A stretch of DNA of 64,000 bases from Eledone cirrhosa (GCA_964016885.1 OZ024743.1:311178001-311242000); one strand, 5' to 3'. Counted from the stretch's first letter, positions 30,505 through 45,669 are shown. Notes: generated from the sequence alone by a model not told the origin. Translations and numbers: made by a program.

Positions 30505-33500
30505 ACGAACATCTATAGCACCTCTTCGTAGACGATATTCCGTGTCATCCCTTGAGGAGTGTAAGCAAAAAGTCCATTCCTGCTCCCTACGCGGGAACAG
30601 GCAACATAAAGTTGGCCATGGGAGAAGCATGGCTCCCCCAAATGGATGCCCGCCACCGACAATATTTGCCCTTGTGACTTGTTAATGGACATGGCAAAAC
30701 ATGGTCTCACCGGGAATTGGGATCGCCGGAAATCGAACGGGATATCTGACACCGAGGGGAAATGGTTCATCCTTGGAATGAAAACATTCTCGTCTCTCCC
30801 GCACCCCGTTACAATAGTGACCTCAATCAAGTGTGGCGTCAGTGATTTGACGACCATGCGAGTACCGTTGCACTGCTTTGGTGGACGCAAGTTCCTTATT
30901 AGCATAATGGGACAGCCAACCCTAAGCTTAAAAGAGTGTGAGGTGGGAGCCCTGGAGGCTCAAGGGAATTTAATAACTCAACCGGATAATTAACGATATC
31001 GTCGGGGTCTGACGTCCAGTCGATAGATTTGAAGATGTGGTCTTTACCGGGAATCTTCTCAATCAGCTGCTCGTTAATAAAATTAACCATGATATTTTTC
31101 GGAGCAAGGATGGCTCTTTCTTTGAACGAATCGAGGTTTTTAAAGTTAGATGAGACATTAGGAAAAACTGCCTCCCGAAGGTCAGAAGGGGTGCTCACAA
31201 TGTTGCACAGGGAGTCGATTGCTCTGCCGCTCTTGTCATCCGCAGGGACATTGCCCTCACGAAGTGATAAAATGTTCTGAGACAATGCTGCAGAAATGTT
31301 GTCATCATGCAAATGAGCACGTATATTTGTGCTCAGGTACAAACACATCACCTGGATCCACAACATGACGACTTAAGGCAGGCACGCACTTCATCAGCTC
31401 TTGTCCCTTTGGGAATGGCAGGCAGCGTTTGCCGAAAATCTCCTGATAGCAGAAGGGTTACGCCACCCATAGGAGCCGTAGAATCCCTAATGTCTTTCAG
31501 GGTCGTGTCCAATGCCTCAAGGGCACCCTTGTGTGTCATTGTTCACTCATCCCAAACAATGAGGCAAGATTCTTTGAGAACCAGAGCTTCGTGTGAATTC
31601 TTGCTGATATTGCATGTTGGTGTCTCAGTTTTTACTAAATCCAAGGAGAGTTTAAAGGTTGCATGTGCTGTCCTGTTTCCCGGCAGCAAAGTACCAGCAA
31701 AGTACCAGCGATCCCGGATGATGCGACGGCCAACGCAATTTTTTTCTTCTGACGAATCTTAGCGAGAATCAATTTTGTTACAAAAGTTTTTCCGGTACCC
31801 CATCGAGAAAGCATATACCCACAGTCTGATTTTGGACCGCGTCAATGATATTACATAGTCCAACCGACAGAAGTTTGGGCTCATTTTCCTCTAAGTATTG
31901 GGAAAGAGATTCGATGTCATATGCTGTTTCCCGCAACAAATCCGGGGCCAACGTGTTAGCTTCCTCTCTGATGGTTGACGGCAAGCCATACGTCGCCAAC
32001 TCACTCCCACCCATGTCGAAGAGGGCGTCCTCGATATCAATGAGTGCCCTGTTGTAGATAATGTCGCTGTAACCAACTTCCACTGAAGGATACTGCAGAT
32101 GAGCCAGGCGTAGGAAGTCCGCAGACATGAAGTCTCTGTACTTGACCCATAAAGATTTGGGATCACCCAATTCACACTTTCGAAGCAAAATGGCAAAGAG
32201 TTCCCGTAGACCTTTAGGTGATTTCAACAAAGCACCCTCTGCTAAAGTGGAATCCCATTGCGAATCATCTTCCAAAACACCACGCTTAAAGCAGGCTTCC
32301 CGGTACGTATCACATATTTCTCCATCAACAGTTTTGAGGTCCTGAAAAATTTGTGGGCCTACAAATTCATGCATAAGAAGGCGGAGATGAAAGCACTCAT
32401 GCTGACTTGGAGGCACAGTGTAAACCCTTCCATGATAGCTGTCAAATTTTACACCAGGATGATTATCAACAGCCTGACCTGACTTTCTTCGCACCCAAGT
32501 GTTTTTCGACCATATAAAGTAGGATGGAACCTGGGGGTACACAATTGTTTGCGCAAATGTATCGAACTGGCAAAGTTTGAAGAAACTCTTTCGGATCAGC
32601 GGCCAACTTGTCGGCGGTTTGGTCCGTAAAGTAAACCCTTTGCCCATTTTCTAAATGTACTGCAAGCTGTAAGATGGCGGGGTGCCGTTGGTTTAGGGGT
32701 AAATCAAATAGGCGCCAAAAAGCTTGATTGCTATTCTGTGACCTCGTCCCTGCTATTTTCAGCTTGAAATGCGAACATTGCGGCATCAGAGCCCTTATTT
32801 ACATATTTGCATATGTATTTTATCGACTTAACAGAGTTGTAAAACTCAACGTTGATGTGGGCGTTGAACATCTTCAAGAGAAGCGGGCAGTAAAGGACCA
32901 CCCATCTATTGTCGACTTGACCTCCCTTTACTGTTGTGGTGAAGCCACCGTTCTCGGGCCGTCTCCGCCCGTACAGAGGTACCCGTCGCCACCAGTCTGA
33001 GTCTGGTCAATAAATTTTTGGGGGCATCCCTTTCAGACACGTGTGATGCTCATTAGGACCCGACGCACACGGACAATTTTAGCTTTGACGATGTCATGTA
33101 ATTCCTGTTCAGTTGCTGGATTAGGGATTTCAGCCGAAATGAAGCTGTCTATGGCATTTGAATTGATTTTATCAGCTAACCAAATCAAAATGTGAGCATG
33201 TGGCAGCCCTCGTTTTTGCCATTCGACGGTGAACATGTCATATTATACAGCCCCAAATACCTGACCCTTTTTTATTAAAGCCATGAGTTTAGCCAGTTTC
33301 AGTCTGAACACTCTGGAAATGAGGTCATGTCTGTTCGAATAATTTTGCCCGGGAAAAAGTTCACGGGTTACATTCCGATTCATATGTCTATAGCATTAAT
33401 CTGTTACATGAAGTGTTATTTTGCGGGTTGTTATTTGCAATAATCCGATTGAAAATGCCCCAGATAAGCCGTATGTCAATACGGAACGCTCCACTGCAGT

Positions 33501-33740
33501 GTTGTCATATAGGGAGTGAAGAGCGATAGAGAGAGAAAAGCAGTTAAATTATAGAGAGGGGGAATGATCATGATCGACTTTTGCCCTTATTCTTGATGGA
33601 TTTGAAATGTTTTTTTGCTTCATGACCTTCTCCTGGCCAAAATCAATAATTGTCCCGATTTTGAATAGAATCCGTTGGAAATTGTGGACGTGAATCTGTT
33701 ACAAACGTGAAACCGTTACAAATTCAGATGTATATATAGA
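30505..33740 (-). mobile_element. Helitron A: decayed Rep/PIF1 helicase, internally deleted, 3' terminus not seen
   Basis: VEWQKRGLPHAHILIWL (HUH Rep), GDFRQTLP, QFPVRPCFAMSINKSQGQ and HGQLYVACSRV. The 5' end TCTATATATAC is at 33740. Confidence 0.88.
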
Positions 33741-33742
33741 TA

Positions 33743-36700
33743 CTAGCAGAAGTGCCCGGTGTTGCTCGGAGTTTAATGACTTTAAAGTACTTTTAATGAT
33801 TCCACTAAATTATGAATATTGAGGCATTGAAAGTAAATACGGGTAAGTTTGAAGATATACAACAATAGCATCTACTCACTATATGTCAGACCGGCAAGAC
33901 TGCAGTGGTGCTGAATAGAGGAGTCACAACACCTCTATGTAGACCACATTTTTTGTTCTGCCTTTGGGCGCAAGTATGAATAAGTTCTGCTTGCATCCCA
34001 CTCTTGAGCATGCGACGTATAATTGGCCGTGTGAGAAGCAGGGCTGGGCTAAATGCAGGCCTGACGTTGATAGCGTTTGGCCTTGGGACTTGTTGATTGA
34101 CATCGCGAAGCAAAGTTTAACGGGGAATTGAAGTCGGCGCAGAGTGCAGGGGCATTCCTTACCTGATGGAGTTAATGGTATTCTGCGTATGAAGACGTTT
34201 TCTCCAGCGCCGCAGCCCGTGAGAATTGTGGCTTCAATTACATGCGGCAGGAGGTTTCTTCCCACTAACCGTGTTCCGTTGCAGAGACGTGGTGGTTCCA
34301 GATTCCTCAAGAGCATGACTGGTGTCCCAATTTTGACGCGCAGTTCATGAGGTGGCAGTCCAGAGAGGTCCAAGGAATTTAGGAATTCTGTTGGAAAATC
34401 GTCAACCTCATCTTTGTCCACCACTTTGTCCACAGATTTGTAGGTATGGAGGTTTCCAGGAATACGTTGCAGGATGTCCTCATTGATCTTTGCAACTGAG
34501 ACATTTTTGGGAGCCAATATGGCTCTATCGCAGAGCCAACTCGTGTTTTTGTAGGTGGTCGCCATATCGGGAAAGACAGAGGCTATGAAGTCGTCAACAG
34601 TGTCGACAACGGTGCCTACTTGCGAGACTACCATTTCTCCAGCTGCATCTGAAGGTGCAGTGCCGTCACCTTTGAGAAGTCGGCTGCTGAGTGGTCGCCG
34701 AGCAGTTGGGCTCTCATGTTTGTTGTGAGGGTCAGGATTGTCACTTCCTGCCACAGGGGAGATGACTTAATGCAAGCCCCCACAGTGACGGCCCTGGTGG
34801 CTTTTGGAACAACTGGAAGAGTTTGTCGAAAATCGCCAGACAGCAGTAGAGGTACTCCTCCCATCGGCCAGTTGCATTCCATGATGTCTCGTAGGGTACT
34901 GTCTAACGCCTCAAGGGACCCTTTATGGGCCATGGTGCATTCGTCCCACACAATTAGGTGACATCTTTTGAAGACTTCAGCTTTGTCAGAGTTCTTGGTG
35001 ATGTTGCAGGTTATTGTGTCGTCTGAAGTCGTGTTGAATAGCAGTTTAAATGCGGAATAAGCTGTCCTACCTCCGGGAAGCAGAGTTGCGGCAATGCCAG
35101 AAGAAGCCACAGCCAGGGCGATTCCTTTCAGCTGTCGCACTTGGCCGAGGAGAATTTTATTGACGAATGTTTTACCAGTTCCTCCTGGGGCGTCCAAAAA
35201 GAAGATACCTCCTCTGCGTTGACGAATAGAAGTACAAACTGTGTCATACGCCTGTCGTTGGTCCTGCAACAATTTCGGCTCGTTTTCGTTGATGAACAGT
35301 TCGAGGGCGTGGACGTCGTAGGCAGTTTCCTGAATTATGCCCGTCGGAAGTTTGTCGGAGCCCGTTCGCTGAACTTTTGGCAGTCCATAGAATGGAAGGT
35401 CATTTCCGCCGGCAGTTAGGATTTTGTCCTCGATGTCAATGGGAGCTTTGTTGAAGAATTCGTTGCTGAGTCGTACGTCGGAATGAGGGAGTAGCCGTTG
35501 TCCTTGGTGTATGTAGTCATCGGAAAGGTCCTCTTTGTATTTGTCCCATAAGGATGCAGGGTCGCTTAACTCGCATGTCTGCAGTAGCACCGCAAAGAGT
35601 TCCCGAAGAGTTCGCGCTGAGCGTATTGTAGCTGCCTCCGCCAATGTCGCATCCCACTGAGCGCCATCTTCCAGTAGACCCGGTCTAAGGCAGGCTGCGC
35701 GGAATGAAGTACAAAGCTCTCCATTGATTGTGTTCAGATCGTCGAAAGATGTCGGTCCTCCCACGTCATGCAGTAGAAGGCGGAGATAAAGACATTCCTG
35801 TTGGTTAGGATGAATGGTGTACACTCTCCCTAGGGTTGAGGACATTTTAATGTCTGGATGTCCCTCGACGGGTTGTCCTTTCACCCTTCTTAACTAAATT
35901 CTGTTGTCTGTGTTCCATGTGTAGTATGATGGCACCTGAGAGTAGAAGATGGTCTTGGCGAAGGGATCGTTTCGGCATAAGTTAAAAAATGCCGTAAGTG
36001 TGGTGTCCAAGGTGCACCGCCAACTGTTTGATTGGGGGGTAGTTATGGGGTATTGCAAAGTGGAAGAATCGTCAGAACGCTTCATTGCTGCTGATGTATC
36101 GGCCGACCTGGTATCGAGTTGCTTCGTCTCGGTTGTTCTCCATTGTAAGACCAAAGAACGCAGCATCGGACCCCTTATTGATATACTTGCAGACGTACTT
36201 TATCGATTTGACTGAGTGGCAGTATTCAACGTTAATGTGGGCGTTAAACAATTTAAGCAGAAGTGGGCAGTAGGGTACAATCCACCGGTTGTCGACGTTG
36301 TGATGTGGTGTTTTCGCAACAATTCCTCCGTCCGCTGGCTCCCTGCGGCGGTATAATGGATAACCGTCGCCACCTGTCCGAGTTTCTCGGAGGAATGGCC
36401 TAGGATACCTCTTGCTGCACCTTTTATTTAATGCATGGAGAAGTCATGTTGAAACCGTTTCCGCATGGCCCATGAACCATGTGAGCAGTGTCGATGTTGT
36501 GGAGTTATCTGTCCAATTTGGGGTTGGGTATTTCTGCTGAAATGATACTGTCAATGCTGCTTGCGTTGAATTTCGTTATCAGCCAAATGAGTAGGTGAGC
36601 GTGTGGCAGGCCTCTCTTTTGCCACTCAACGGTGTATACGTAGCACCTAATAGGTCCAAAGGCCTTACCTGATTTTAGGAGTTCAATAAGTTTTGTCAAC

Positions 36701-39467
36701 TTCAAGTGAAAGACTCGTGCCGTAAGATCGTGTCTGTCTGACGCCCTTTGTCCGGGGAATAATTCCGCGGTAATTTCATTCCACTTAGGGTTGCATGATG
36801 AAGTGATGAAGCGATTCGGTCTGCCGTAGAGACGCACGTACGTCATAGCATCCTGTGTGCGTTCACTCATGTATCGGGGACTCCCAATGAAGGTCGACGG
36901 AAGGATACAATGTTTTCCTAGGTTCTCGGGATCGACGCATTCCTTACTCCATCCCATAAGTGAATGTAGCTGTCCGAACGAAGGCGTGCTTGATTTTTCC
37001 TTATGTAGCACAGCCTTTCAGATTCCATCTTTGCGCATGCCTCTACAGCAAGCTGGTTGAAGAGTACTCTTGCACGGTGGAGTTGTTTAAAGCAGCATTC
37101 GCGGACCATGAATCGGTAGGTGTAGAATTGCATAGAGGAAACAGTTTTGTTGCTGTTGCACAAAGGAATTCCAAAGTGGTATCCGTCGTCACTGCATGGG
37201 AAACGTAGGGGATATTGGAATGCATTGTAGGATCTATGCGTCTCGCTGATCCGTTGCAGACTATTGTCCCTACACTGAAGTATGATGTCCCGCTTGTTGT
37301 ACAGTTCTCCATGAAGAAGCACAGCTATTTCATTGCACGGGTGAGTGTTAAAACGTCTGGCGTGGGTGCCTGGTGGTTTACTGTCAGCGTCGATTATAAC
37401 AGCAAAATTTGGCAACGTAGCAGTCTCCAATGCGCATTTAAAACTGCGAATGTAGTTGTTGTTTTCGTGCAGTATTCTCTGGAGTTGCAACAGAATTTTC
37501 ATGTCTGTGCCAGGCGAAATTGAAGCGCGTCGTTCCGCTTGGTCCACATAGTCAGTGACAAAATATAGCTGTAGGAACTGGGGCTGTCGTGGGCAGTAGC
37601 GAACCGATTCTGTGGTAAATTTGTCCTTGAACTTTAAAGGTAGGCATGAAGCCGTCTTCGCGTATGATGTTAGCTCCGAAAGAGGTCATTTGGAAGGCAG
37701 CGGTGTATCTCCTGGAACATCGAAGGAAGTGTTCCGACTCCGCTGTGGCACCGGTCAGTAGACACTTCAAAGGTTGTGGTGGTTCCTGTAGAGGAGGCAG
37801 TTTCATTTTGCCGTCAGAGCAGCACATCCCTGAAGTCTCCCCAGGCCATGGGTCCAATCTGAACTTCTGGCATGAGTGCATAGTTTACTGTTGGGTCATA
37901 GTGGAAAGCCTTATGAGACCACTGAGTGCAACTGATCCTCTGTGTACCGCGTTTAGCACTCCTGCGGAGTGCGTTGGCGTTTGGCCTTTGTAATTGAATT
38001 TGCGCAGTCTCTGATGCGCGAACGGAAGCTGTTAAAGCGGCGTCCGTACGTTGACGTCTGGAACGCTGCCCTTCGTCCTCGGCAGCACGTGACGCAGCAG
38101 TTGAGGCGGCATCTCTTCGTCGTCGACTGTAACGGTGTTCTTCGTCCTCACCGTCACATGCCGCAGCGGTGGAGGCCACATTTTTGCTTCGTCGTCGAGA
38201 ATGTTGTTCATCAGTTTGTGCTGCACGTGCAACTGCAGTTACAAATGCATTTTCGGAAAGGCGGATGCTCCTCTTTTTTTCTGTCTCGGTTGCCCGGGTA
38301 ATTGCATTTCGAGTTGCATTTTGTGACAACCGAGTCAATTTTTCTACGGACAACTCTGTAGCTCTTCTTCGTTTGGCAGCAGAAGCAGCTTTAGTTTGGC
38401 GACTAAGTCGTGGTCTTTTTTGGGGTGGCATGACCGTAGATTCAAAGAATGTGTTTGGTAGTGAAAATGTTCAAATGAACTTTGAATTAGTTTAAAGTGA
38501 GTACTATATTGTAGCAGGACCGAACACGTAAATATTTATGCAGGTAATGGAGCATGAAAGGGAGAGTAGCCAAAACTTTCAATTGAACGGTAAGTGGAAA
38601 GTGAGTACTAAGTAAGATCTATGAAGAATGCATGTCAAATAATAGGTCAAACCTGTAAGCCAAGCCTGTCTGAGTTATAGCACAAAAGAGCGTAAATAGG
38701 GGCGTTATTTTAGAGCACACTAGAAAATAAATCATCGAAATCGGACGTTCGTTAAAAAAGTTTTCTCATTAATTTTTTGTCTCATATTGAGAAAAACAAA
38801 GAAAGAAAAATTACAAAAAGGACAACAATAAAATATAATGTCTCTGTTGAGATTCAAGTAAATGAACGCTTAAGCGTCGTTATTGTTACGTTTGTTGTAT
38901 AAATTCATCTGTTGCTTTTGAATATTTGTTATTTGATGTAAAATGTAACGTTGAGAGAGCAGTATGTATTTAGTGTTATCGGCTTTTTAAATTTTGATAT
39001 TTGATGAATGACGAACGAAGAGGGGGAATGATCTATTATAGAGAGAGAGAAGATTTATCGTTGTGCTAAACTGTAATGAAGACGGAGGCAGTAACCTTTT
39101 AAAGAGAGTTGCGGAGGAGATTGAGGGTAGTGAGAGGAATGGAGCGTGTAAGAGAGAGAGTTATCAAAGTTTGTGTCGCGTTTCTTCAGAGACGGAGGCA
39201 GTAACCTTTTAAAGAGAGTTGCGGAGGAGATTGAGGGTAGTGAGAGGAATGAAGCGTGTAAGAGAGAGGGTTACAGCTGTATTTAGATTTATCGATTTTC
39301 CTCATAGAAGCAGGAAATTCTTGGCAAGAATAATTACGCGTTGACCTGCCCTGGTAAATTTGGAGCACATTGGAAAAAGAATCATCAAAATCGGTAGAGA
39401 AATGTGGAAATGCATAAAAATCATACACACACACACAGACAGACATCTACCGTTTTATATATAGAGA
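33743..39467 (-). mobile_element. Helitron B: full length with both termini, Rep-helicase ORF frameshifted
   Basis: 5' a|TCTCTATATATAAAA at 39467 and 3' CCGAGCAACACCGGGC hairpin + CTAG|t at 33743. Protein motifs: repetitive N-terminal ORF 37814-38431, YTVEWQKRGLPHAH, DAPGGTGKT, IVWDE, AMSINKSQGQT. Confidence 0.93.
39080..39270. repeat. ~80 bp direct repeat in the Helitron B 5' region
   Basis: AGACGGAGGCAGTAACC..AAGAGAGAG at ~39080 and ~39190. Confidence 0.85.
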
Positions 39468-39723
39468 TATTATATACTGAGTTAGAAACTCAAAATAGTC
39501 TCTTACAATTAAGTAGCTTTAAGAAAGAAGTTTCTCCTAGCCGAGTAATATAATTGAACAAACAAGAGAGATAAACACAAACATAAACATACATGTGTTT
39601 GAATTGTAAAGGACCAGGTTTGCTAGGGTGAAAAAATACTAACTCTAACAATAAACCTTTACCTATTTACAAAATAAATAGGTTAAGATATTTTCTTATC
39701 TTATTTGCTTTTCCCAAGTATAA

Positions 39724-39840
<117 letters not shown>

Positions 39841-39842
39841 GT

Positions 39843-39874
<32 letters not shown>

Positions 39875-40188
39875 TGGAAATAACACGGAAAATATATCTT
39901 TTAATGTCTGTTTTTCTTTTTTATTTCCTTTCTTTGATTCGTCAAAGTGAAATTATTGAAAAAATGAGAGCTACAATTCTTTTAAAAAAGAGCAAGGAAG
40001 ATGGGAAAAAAACTTACTCCAACACTTAATTTTAATCTTTAATTTTTAGTTTTTAATTCTTATTAATTCTTATTAATTGTAATACTCAACATTTGATAAG
40101 ATGAATTTTAATAATACATCGAAACCGCTAATAATTTATATAACTTATATACATTATAAAACTTTCTTTTAAAAGAATTGTCATCTTG

Positions 40189-40611
40189 GCAGGGCCTGCT
40201 GGAATAAGCGTTTGAGGACTCTGCCCCACGACCCTCTTAGGAATAAGTGAGCAAAGAAGAAGAAGAAGAAGAAGAAGAAGAAGAAGAAGAAGAAGAAGAA
40301 GAAGAAGAAGAAGAAGAAGAAGAAGAAGAATTGATACATCTAATATGCATGTATGCGATAACCCTATATATGTATATATATATATATATTTCCATCCATG
40401 GAACCTGAATTCTTAATAGGGTCGTAGGAACGCTGTTAGATTATCACAAACCTGATGGAGCAGATACTTCTCCAGGTCTGATCAAAGCCGATCTCTTCCC
40501 GAATGAATGTGGCAGAAGATAAGAAAATGAGTAAGAATAGTAGAGAAAGAATCGAGTCCAGTACCTAGAAATGCTGAAAAGTTAAGTTCACCTTCGAAGG
40601 ATTTCAACTCA
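40189..40611 (+). repeat. RTE 3' tip + (GAA)n + ~280 bp flank matching 13396-13894
   Basis: The flank after (GAA)n is essentially identical at both sites. Confidence 0.9.
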
Positions 40612-40693
40612 TGGTTCAGAGAGCCAGAAAAAATACCACAAAGCATTCTATTCGTCTTTCTAACAATTCTACTAATTCACCAATTTATCATAC

Positions 40694-40787
<94 letters not shown>

Positions 40788-40971
40788 GCTCTACCCTATA
40801 AACTATTTAGTTCTTACGACCAGCTAAATGCGAGGTAAGAAGTATAAAGCAGAAGTAGAATAGTACGATGAAATTATTTTATTTGGAGGAATGTGGTGCA
40901 TAACTGAGAGAATGTGTCACGGAATTGAAAGAATGTGGTGCATAATCTGGAAAAAAGTGATGCACATTGAA

Positions 40972-41300
40972 GAGCTAGTCTAGGGTATACATTGTAGGGT
41001 TAGTCTAGGGTGGTAAATACCCAGGTACACATTATAGAACTAGCCTAGTTAGCTAAATACATAGACACAGATTTTAGAGCTAGTCTAGGGTGGTAAATAC
41101 CCAGGTACACATTGTAGAACTATCCTAGTGCGCTAAATACGTAGACACACATTTTAGAGCTAGTCTAGTGTTCTAAATACCCAAATACACATTGTAGAGC
41201 TATCATAGGTTGCAAATACTCTGGTATACATTGTAGAGCTTCACTGGTGTGCTAAATACCCAGGTCTACATTGCAGAGCTAGCATAGGATGATAAATACA
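40972..41300. repeat. 40 bp minisatellite, ~8 units, with an alternating 80 bp dimer pattern
   Basis: TAAATAC recurs at 41014, 41054, 41094, 41134 and 41174. CCAGGTACAC and TAGACACA variants alternate. Confidence 0.85.
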
Positions 41301-41782
41301 GAGGCGCTGACCCTGGGAAGGGTTGATATAGGGATAACAAAGTATACATATTGACAAAAAAACTGATATAATACCGGTAATGTCCAAGAGACATTGATTA
41401 GTAGAGGTGTAGCCTTACAAGGAATGGAAATTAAGAAGGAAAGATGATTTGGTGTAGATATTGATATTGTTTTGAGTAATTATTAAAGTGGATAAAAAAA
41501 AACATGTTGCCTTCCAATAGTTTCAGTCTGCCTAAAGGATCATTCCATAACGCGATAATCATATATATATATATATATAATCATATATATATATATTATA
41601 GATATAGATATATATATACATGTAAATATATATATGCATATATAACCAAAGATTAATATGCTTCATTGATTACTCAATGAATACAGTTTTACAATAGATT
41701 AAAGGCACGCAACTGGAATATATATATAATAAAACATATATTTTGATTATGTGAATATCTTCATTTGTTAATATTTTGAATA

Positions 41783-41839
<57 letters not shown>

Positions 41840-41908
41840 TAAGTTAAAAATGTACATCTACATATGCATACTTAAATACTAGTATGCATATGAATACACA
41901 CACGTATA

Positions 41909-42338
41909 CATATGTAGATGTACCAAGTCTTTCACTGGTTACTTTACTGTGAGTAATCCAGCTATTCTGTATGTAAACACACAGACAAACCGGTTTTTAG
42001 AGTCATACTGGTTTTTGAGGAAACACCTTTCCTCTATTCTCCAGAAAGCCAGACAAGGAATATTGAACTAGTTTCGTTGTTGTTACAACTCATCAGCAAT
42101 ATTTACCTATCTACCGGCCTTTCTGGAGAATCGTAAAAGCACATATCGTTATATGCTTTTTCTATGAAAATTAGTAGTGGGCAGACTAATTTGCATAGAG
42201 TGTGAGTACGTACCGGTTCAACGGAGACGATAAAAACAAATAACGAAACGAAATTAAATTTCGTTTCGTTTGTAATACAGAATAGCTGGATTACTCACAG
42301 TAAAGTAACCAGTGAAAGACTTGGTACATCTACATATG
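41909..42338 (-). mobile_element. Single retrozyme-like unit bounded by 64 bp inverted repeats
   Basis: Inverted repeats at 41909-41972 / 42275-42338. Contains an octamer (42189-42196, minus) and an HHR. Confidence 0.8.
42037..42130 (-). ncRNA. Type I hammerhead with extended stem I
   Basis: ATATTG CTGATGA GTTG-TAACAA-CAAC GAAA CTAG TT CAATAT, with outer helix TTCTCCAGAAAG/CTTTCTGGAGAA. Confidence 0.85.
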
Positions 42339-42716
42339 TGTATTTATATATTGAGTTAGGTAAACACAGATATATACATATATGTGTTCAAATCAATTTC
42401 AACCCATATATATATATATATACGTGTTTATCTCTTTTTTATATTCAATTATAATATACGGCTCGGAAAAATCTCTTTCCTAGAGCTATTTAATTGTAAG
42501 AGACTATTTTAAGTTTCTAACTCAATATATACCTTTTATATATTCGGCTCCCGTTAATTTGTCGAGCTAATTTAAATGTAGAGTAAACTTGGCTGCTATT
42601 TTTAGTGGTGTGAGTTTGTGAGACACGCTAAGTTCTGATACCATGTGCGTTATTATATATATACGCACACTATTCAGTTTTCTGATATACTTAGAAGTGA
42701 GGAGTTTACTAATTTT

Positions 42717-42799
42717 TCACCTACTGATGAGCAATGAAAATTGGTAATCTTCTTCACAATTAATTTGCGAAACAGCATCGCCAGACGCTGTCTGTGTGA
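42717..42799 (+). ncRNA. Hammerhead with full stem III in a pLTR-like repeat (family pieces at 39470-39680, 42350-42965, 54275-54680)
   Basis: TCACCTA CTGATGA GCAA..TTGC GAAA CAGC-ATCGCCAGAC-GCTG TC TGTGTGA. Confidence 0.72.
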
Positions 42800-43006
42800 T
42801 TGGTAGTTACCACAATTCCGGTTTGTATTTATTTTCTTGATTTATTCTCAAATTGAGTCTGGCAAACCCTATTGTCCATAATTAGTATTCTTTTCACCTT
42901 AGCGAATCTGGTCCCTTCCGATTTGAACACATATATGTATATATCTATGTTTATCTCTCTTTTATGTATACATCTATATATATATATATACATCTCTCTC
43001 TCTCTA

Positions 43007-43094
<88 letters not shown>

Positions 43095-43098
43095 GATG

Positions 43099-43130
<32 letters not shown>

Positions 43131-43174
43131 CATATAGATGTATATATATATACATATATATATACATATAGATG

Positions 43175-43206
<32 letters not shown>

Positions 43207-43304
43207 CATATAGATGTATATATATATACATCTGTGTGCGTGTGTGTGTGTGTGTAGGTATGTGTGTATCTGGATGTATGCGTATGTGTATATATATATA
43301 TATA

Positions 43305-43346
<42 letters not shown>

Positions 43347-43417
43347 TGTGTGTGTGTGTATGTTTGTATGTGTGTATGTATATATATGTGTGTGTGTGTA
43401 TGTATGTGTGGGGGTGG

Positions 43418-43463
<46 letters not shown>

Positions 43464-43643
43464 ATATATATATATGTGTGTGTGTGTATGTATGTGTGTA
43501 TCTGGATGTATGTGTGTATATATATGTGTGTGTGTGTGTGTGTGTATATATTATATATATATATATGTGTGTGTATGTGTATATATGTGTGTGTGTGTGT
43601 GTATGTGTGTATGTATATGTATGTGTGTGTGTATGTATGTGTG

Positions 43644-43696
<53 letters not shown>

Positions 43697-44432
43697 GTAT
43701 ATGTATATGTATGTATGTGTGGATGAAGGTATATGTGTGTGTATATATAGGTGTAAGTGCACTAAATCCCTTTCTATCACGCTCCACTCTCCTACCCACC
43801 ACAGGAAGATATGTGTATGTATATTGCTTCCACCCCTCACTGACCAGCAGCTGGCCAGTTGGCGATTGCTAAATCTGACCTTTATAAAATAACCCACACC
43901 CCAAATAACTTCTCATTCACTACCAGAAAGGGACACAGCAATCAACCTGTTGTTGCTACCTAGATGAAAACTGCTATGAAATCCCACAATGTATTTTATA
44001 CATGAATTTTCAAATCTCAAATTTTAACTCTTCGTATTATTAATTTTTCTTAATATTAATCAACATTTGAAAAGATGGCTTTTGCAGACCCATCGAAACC
44101 GGTCATTTGTTATACCCTTTATTATTTCCTTACCTTATAAAATTATGTTTTTTTACAAAAAAGTATTCTGTCTCTTATATATTCCATGTGCCATTACCAA
44201 CCTCAATTTTCTCTCTCTATATATATATATACATTATATATATTAGAAAGTCAGGGTTTTTTTCACAAAATGAAAAGTAACCGAGGTGTCCTACACGAGT
44301 GAAAGTATAAAGAAAAAAAGAGTCTTATTTTTTTTTAAATATATATATTTATTTGGTTCCTTTACCGCTTTCGCAGTTCTTCTGCTTTTCAAAAGTAGAG
44401 TTGAGATGGAGGGTCTGTGGTTTTTCTCACAT

Positions 44433-44503
<71 letters not shown>

Positions 44504-44551
44504 ATATATATGTATACATGTATATATATATATATACATGTAGAGATATAT

Positions 44552-45127
<576 letters not shown>

Positions 45128-45143
45128 TTACATATACTCAAAA

Positions 45144-45259
<116 letters not shown>

Positions 45260-45416
45260 ATATACGAGTTAGCGTTTTAGGGAAACCTGTTTGAGGTTGT
45301 GACTACTCTGTACTATGGATAGTTTTAACGTACGGCGTTGTTTGATTAGAGGTTTCCTTACTTAGGTAGCGAGTTTACGAGAATTCCCATGCAGGTTATT
45401 CTTGGAGTAAAAGTAA

Positions 45417-45667
45417 TGAAAGAGTGAAGAATAACATGGTTGGCTGTACAAAAAGGGTTTTATTTACAGTATTAACAATTGTTTCATTGATCAGCTGTGT
45501 CTAAAAGAAATTAAATCACTCGACCTTAAATACAGTGTGTGTCTCGATCAGAGACACACACTGTATTTAAGGTCGTGTGATGCAAATTCGATTGATTAGC
45601 GGCCTTTAGACTCACCTCATCAATGAAACAATTGTACAGGCGACCATGTTATTCTTCACTCTTTCAC
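45417..45667. repeat. Nested fold-back with half-hammerhead arms
   Basis: Central 25 bp-stem hairpin at 45520-45575. Arms carry ATCAAT GAAA CAATTG TA/TT. Outer inverted repeat at 45417-45449 / 45633-45667. Confidence 0.7.
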
Positions 45668-45669
45668 AA

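Noticed and set aside
33924-35884. PIF1 helicase as a host gene
   Set aside because: Intronless, frameshifted, linked to a HUH Rep domain and bounded by Helitron TC/CTAG termini.
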